Assembly (NCBI GenBank): GCA_009914755.4
Contig: CP068257.2
Coordinates: forward strand, 24,192,001 to 24,256,000
Source of the DNA: the human T2T-CHM13v2.0 reference genome, Homo sapiens
Length of the DNA stretch: 64,000 nucleotides
Direction: 5' to 3'
Below are positions 63,491-64,000 of this stretch, piece after piece. The translations under genes were made by a program, and so were the position numbers. Position 1 is the first letter of the stretch. Each line of letters starts with the position of its first letter. The notes under the pieces are model-generated. The model was not told the origin of the DNA and made no database searches. It saw nothing but the letters and a program-made list of their open reading frames with translations.

Positions 63491-63550
63491 TAGCCTATTT
63501 ATTTTCTTCATGTTTTCATGGTAATCCTATAGGCAAGCATTGTATTTTTA

Positions 63551-63760
<210 letters not shown>

Positions 63761-64000
63761 TCATAATTAAAGTATGCAGGACAACCAATTAGTTTTACTC
63801 ATAAATAATAACACTGTAAGACAAAGCCTACCCAAAACTTCTTTCTAGGCCTGAAGTTAGAAGAAAATTGATAAATGACTCTTAAAGAAAAATGATACCC
63901 TATATTTAAAACTTCAATTACTACCTATTTTGAACAAAAAGAAATGAAAGGGTAAGGGAAACCTGAAAGTAAGGCTTCTGCTGCCTTTAAATACATGCTA

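Overview
This window is primate, almost certainly human chr21q21.3, genomic DNA. It covers the 3' end of the amyloid precursor protein gene APP on the minus strand together with about 46 kb of repeat-dense sequence downstream of the gene.

**APP terminal exons.** The three terminal APP exons are recognisable directly from translation and carry canonical AG/GT splice sites.
- Exon 16 (63650-63750) encodes ...[29 protein letters not shown]. This includes the beta-secretase site and Abeta residues 1-17.
- Exon 17 (57799-57945) encodes [49 protein letters not shown]. This is the rest of Abeta, the gamma-secretase sites and the transmembrane helix.
- Exon 18 (46615-47843) has a coding part at 47742-47843 encoding [33 protein letters not shown], followed by a roughly 1.1 kb 3'UTR. 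The 3'UTR carries two AATAAA clusters about 250 nt apart.
- Every codon I checked at known familial Alzheimer positions reads wild type.

**Everything else is interspersed repeats.**
- About 30 Alu elements, many with clear target-site duplications.
- A full-length 2.3 kb MaLR element (THE1/MST class) with both LTRs and a 5-bp TSD.
- Several solo MaLR LTRs, one of them split by a nested Alu.
- A HERV-H 3' fragment: an env remnant with a furin site and fusion peptide, followed by an LTR7.
- An LTR12-like solo LTR.
- An old L1 5'UTR/ORF1/ORF2 segment broken up by Alus.
- A near-full-length Tigger1 DNA transposon in APP intron 16, with long transposase ORF remnants and a nested Alu.
- A MADE1 MITE, a Tigger3-like MITE, and several microsatellites.

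**Structural oddities.**
- A head-to-head inverted AluY pair separated by only 25 bp, just beyond the APP poly(A) site.
- A local inverted duplication with about 470-bp arms that includes half of an Alu. The breakpoint can be dated relative to the Alu from its TSD.
- Oppositely oriented Alus flanking exon 17.

I see no prokaryotic-type features, no RNA genes and no well-supported novel protein-coding gene. The ORF-track entries outside the APP exons are Alu-, LTR- or transposon-derived, or random. Repeat family names rest on my memory of consensus sequences and should be confirmed with RepeatMasker/Dfam.
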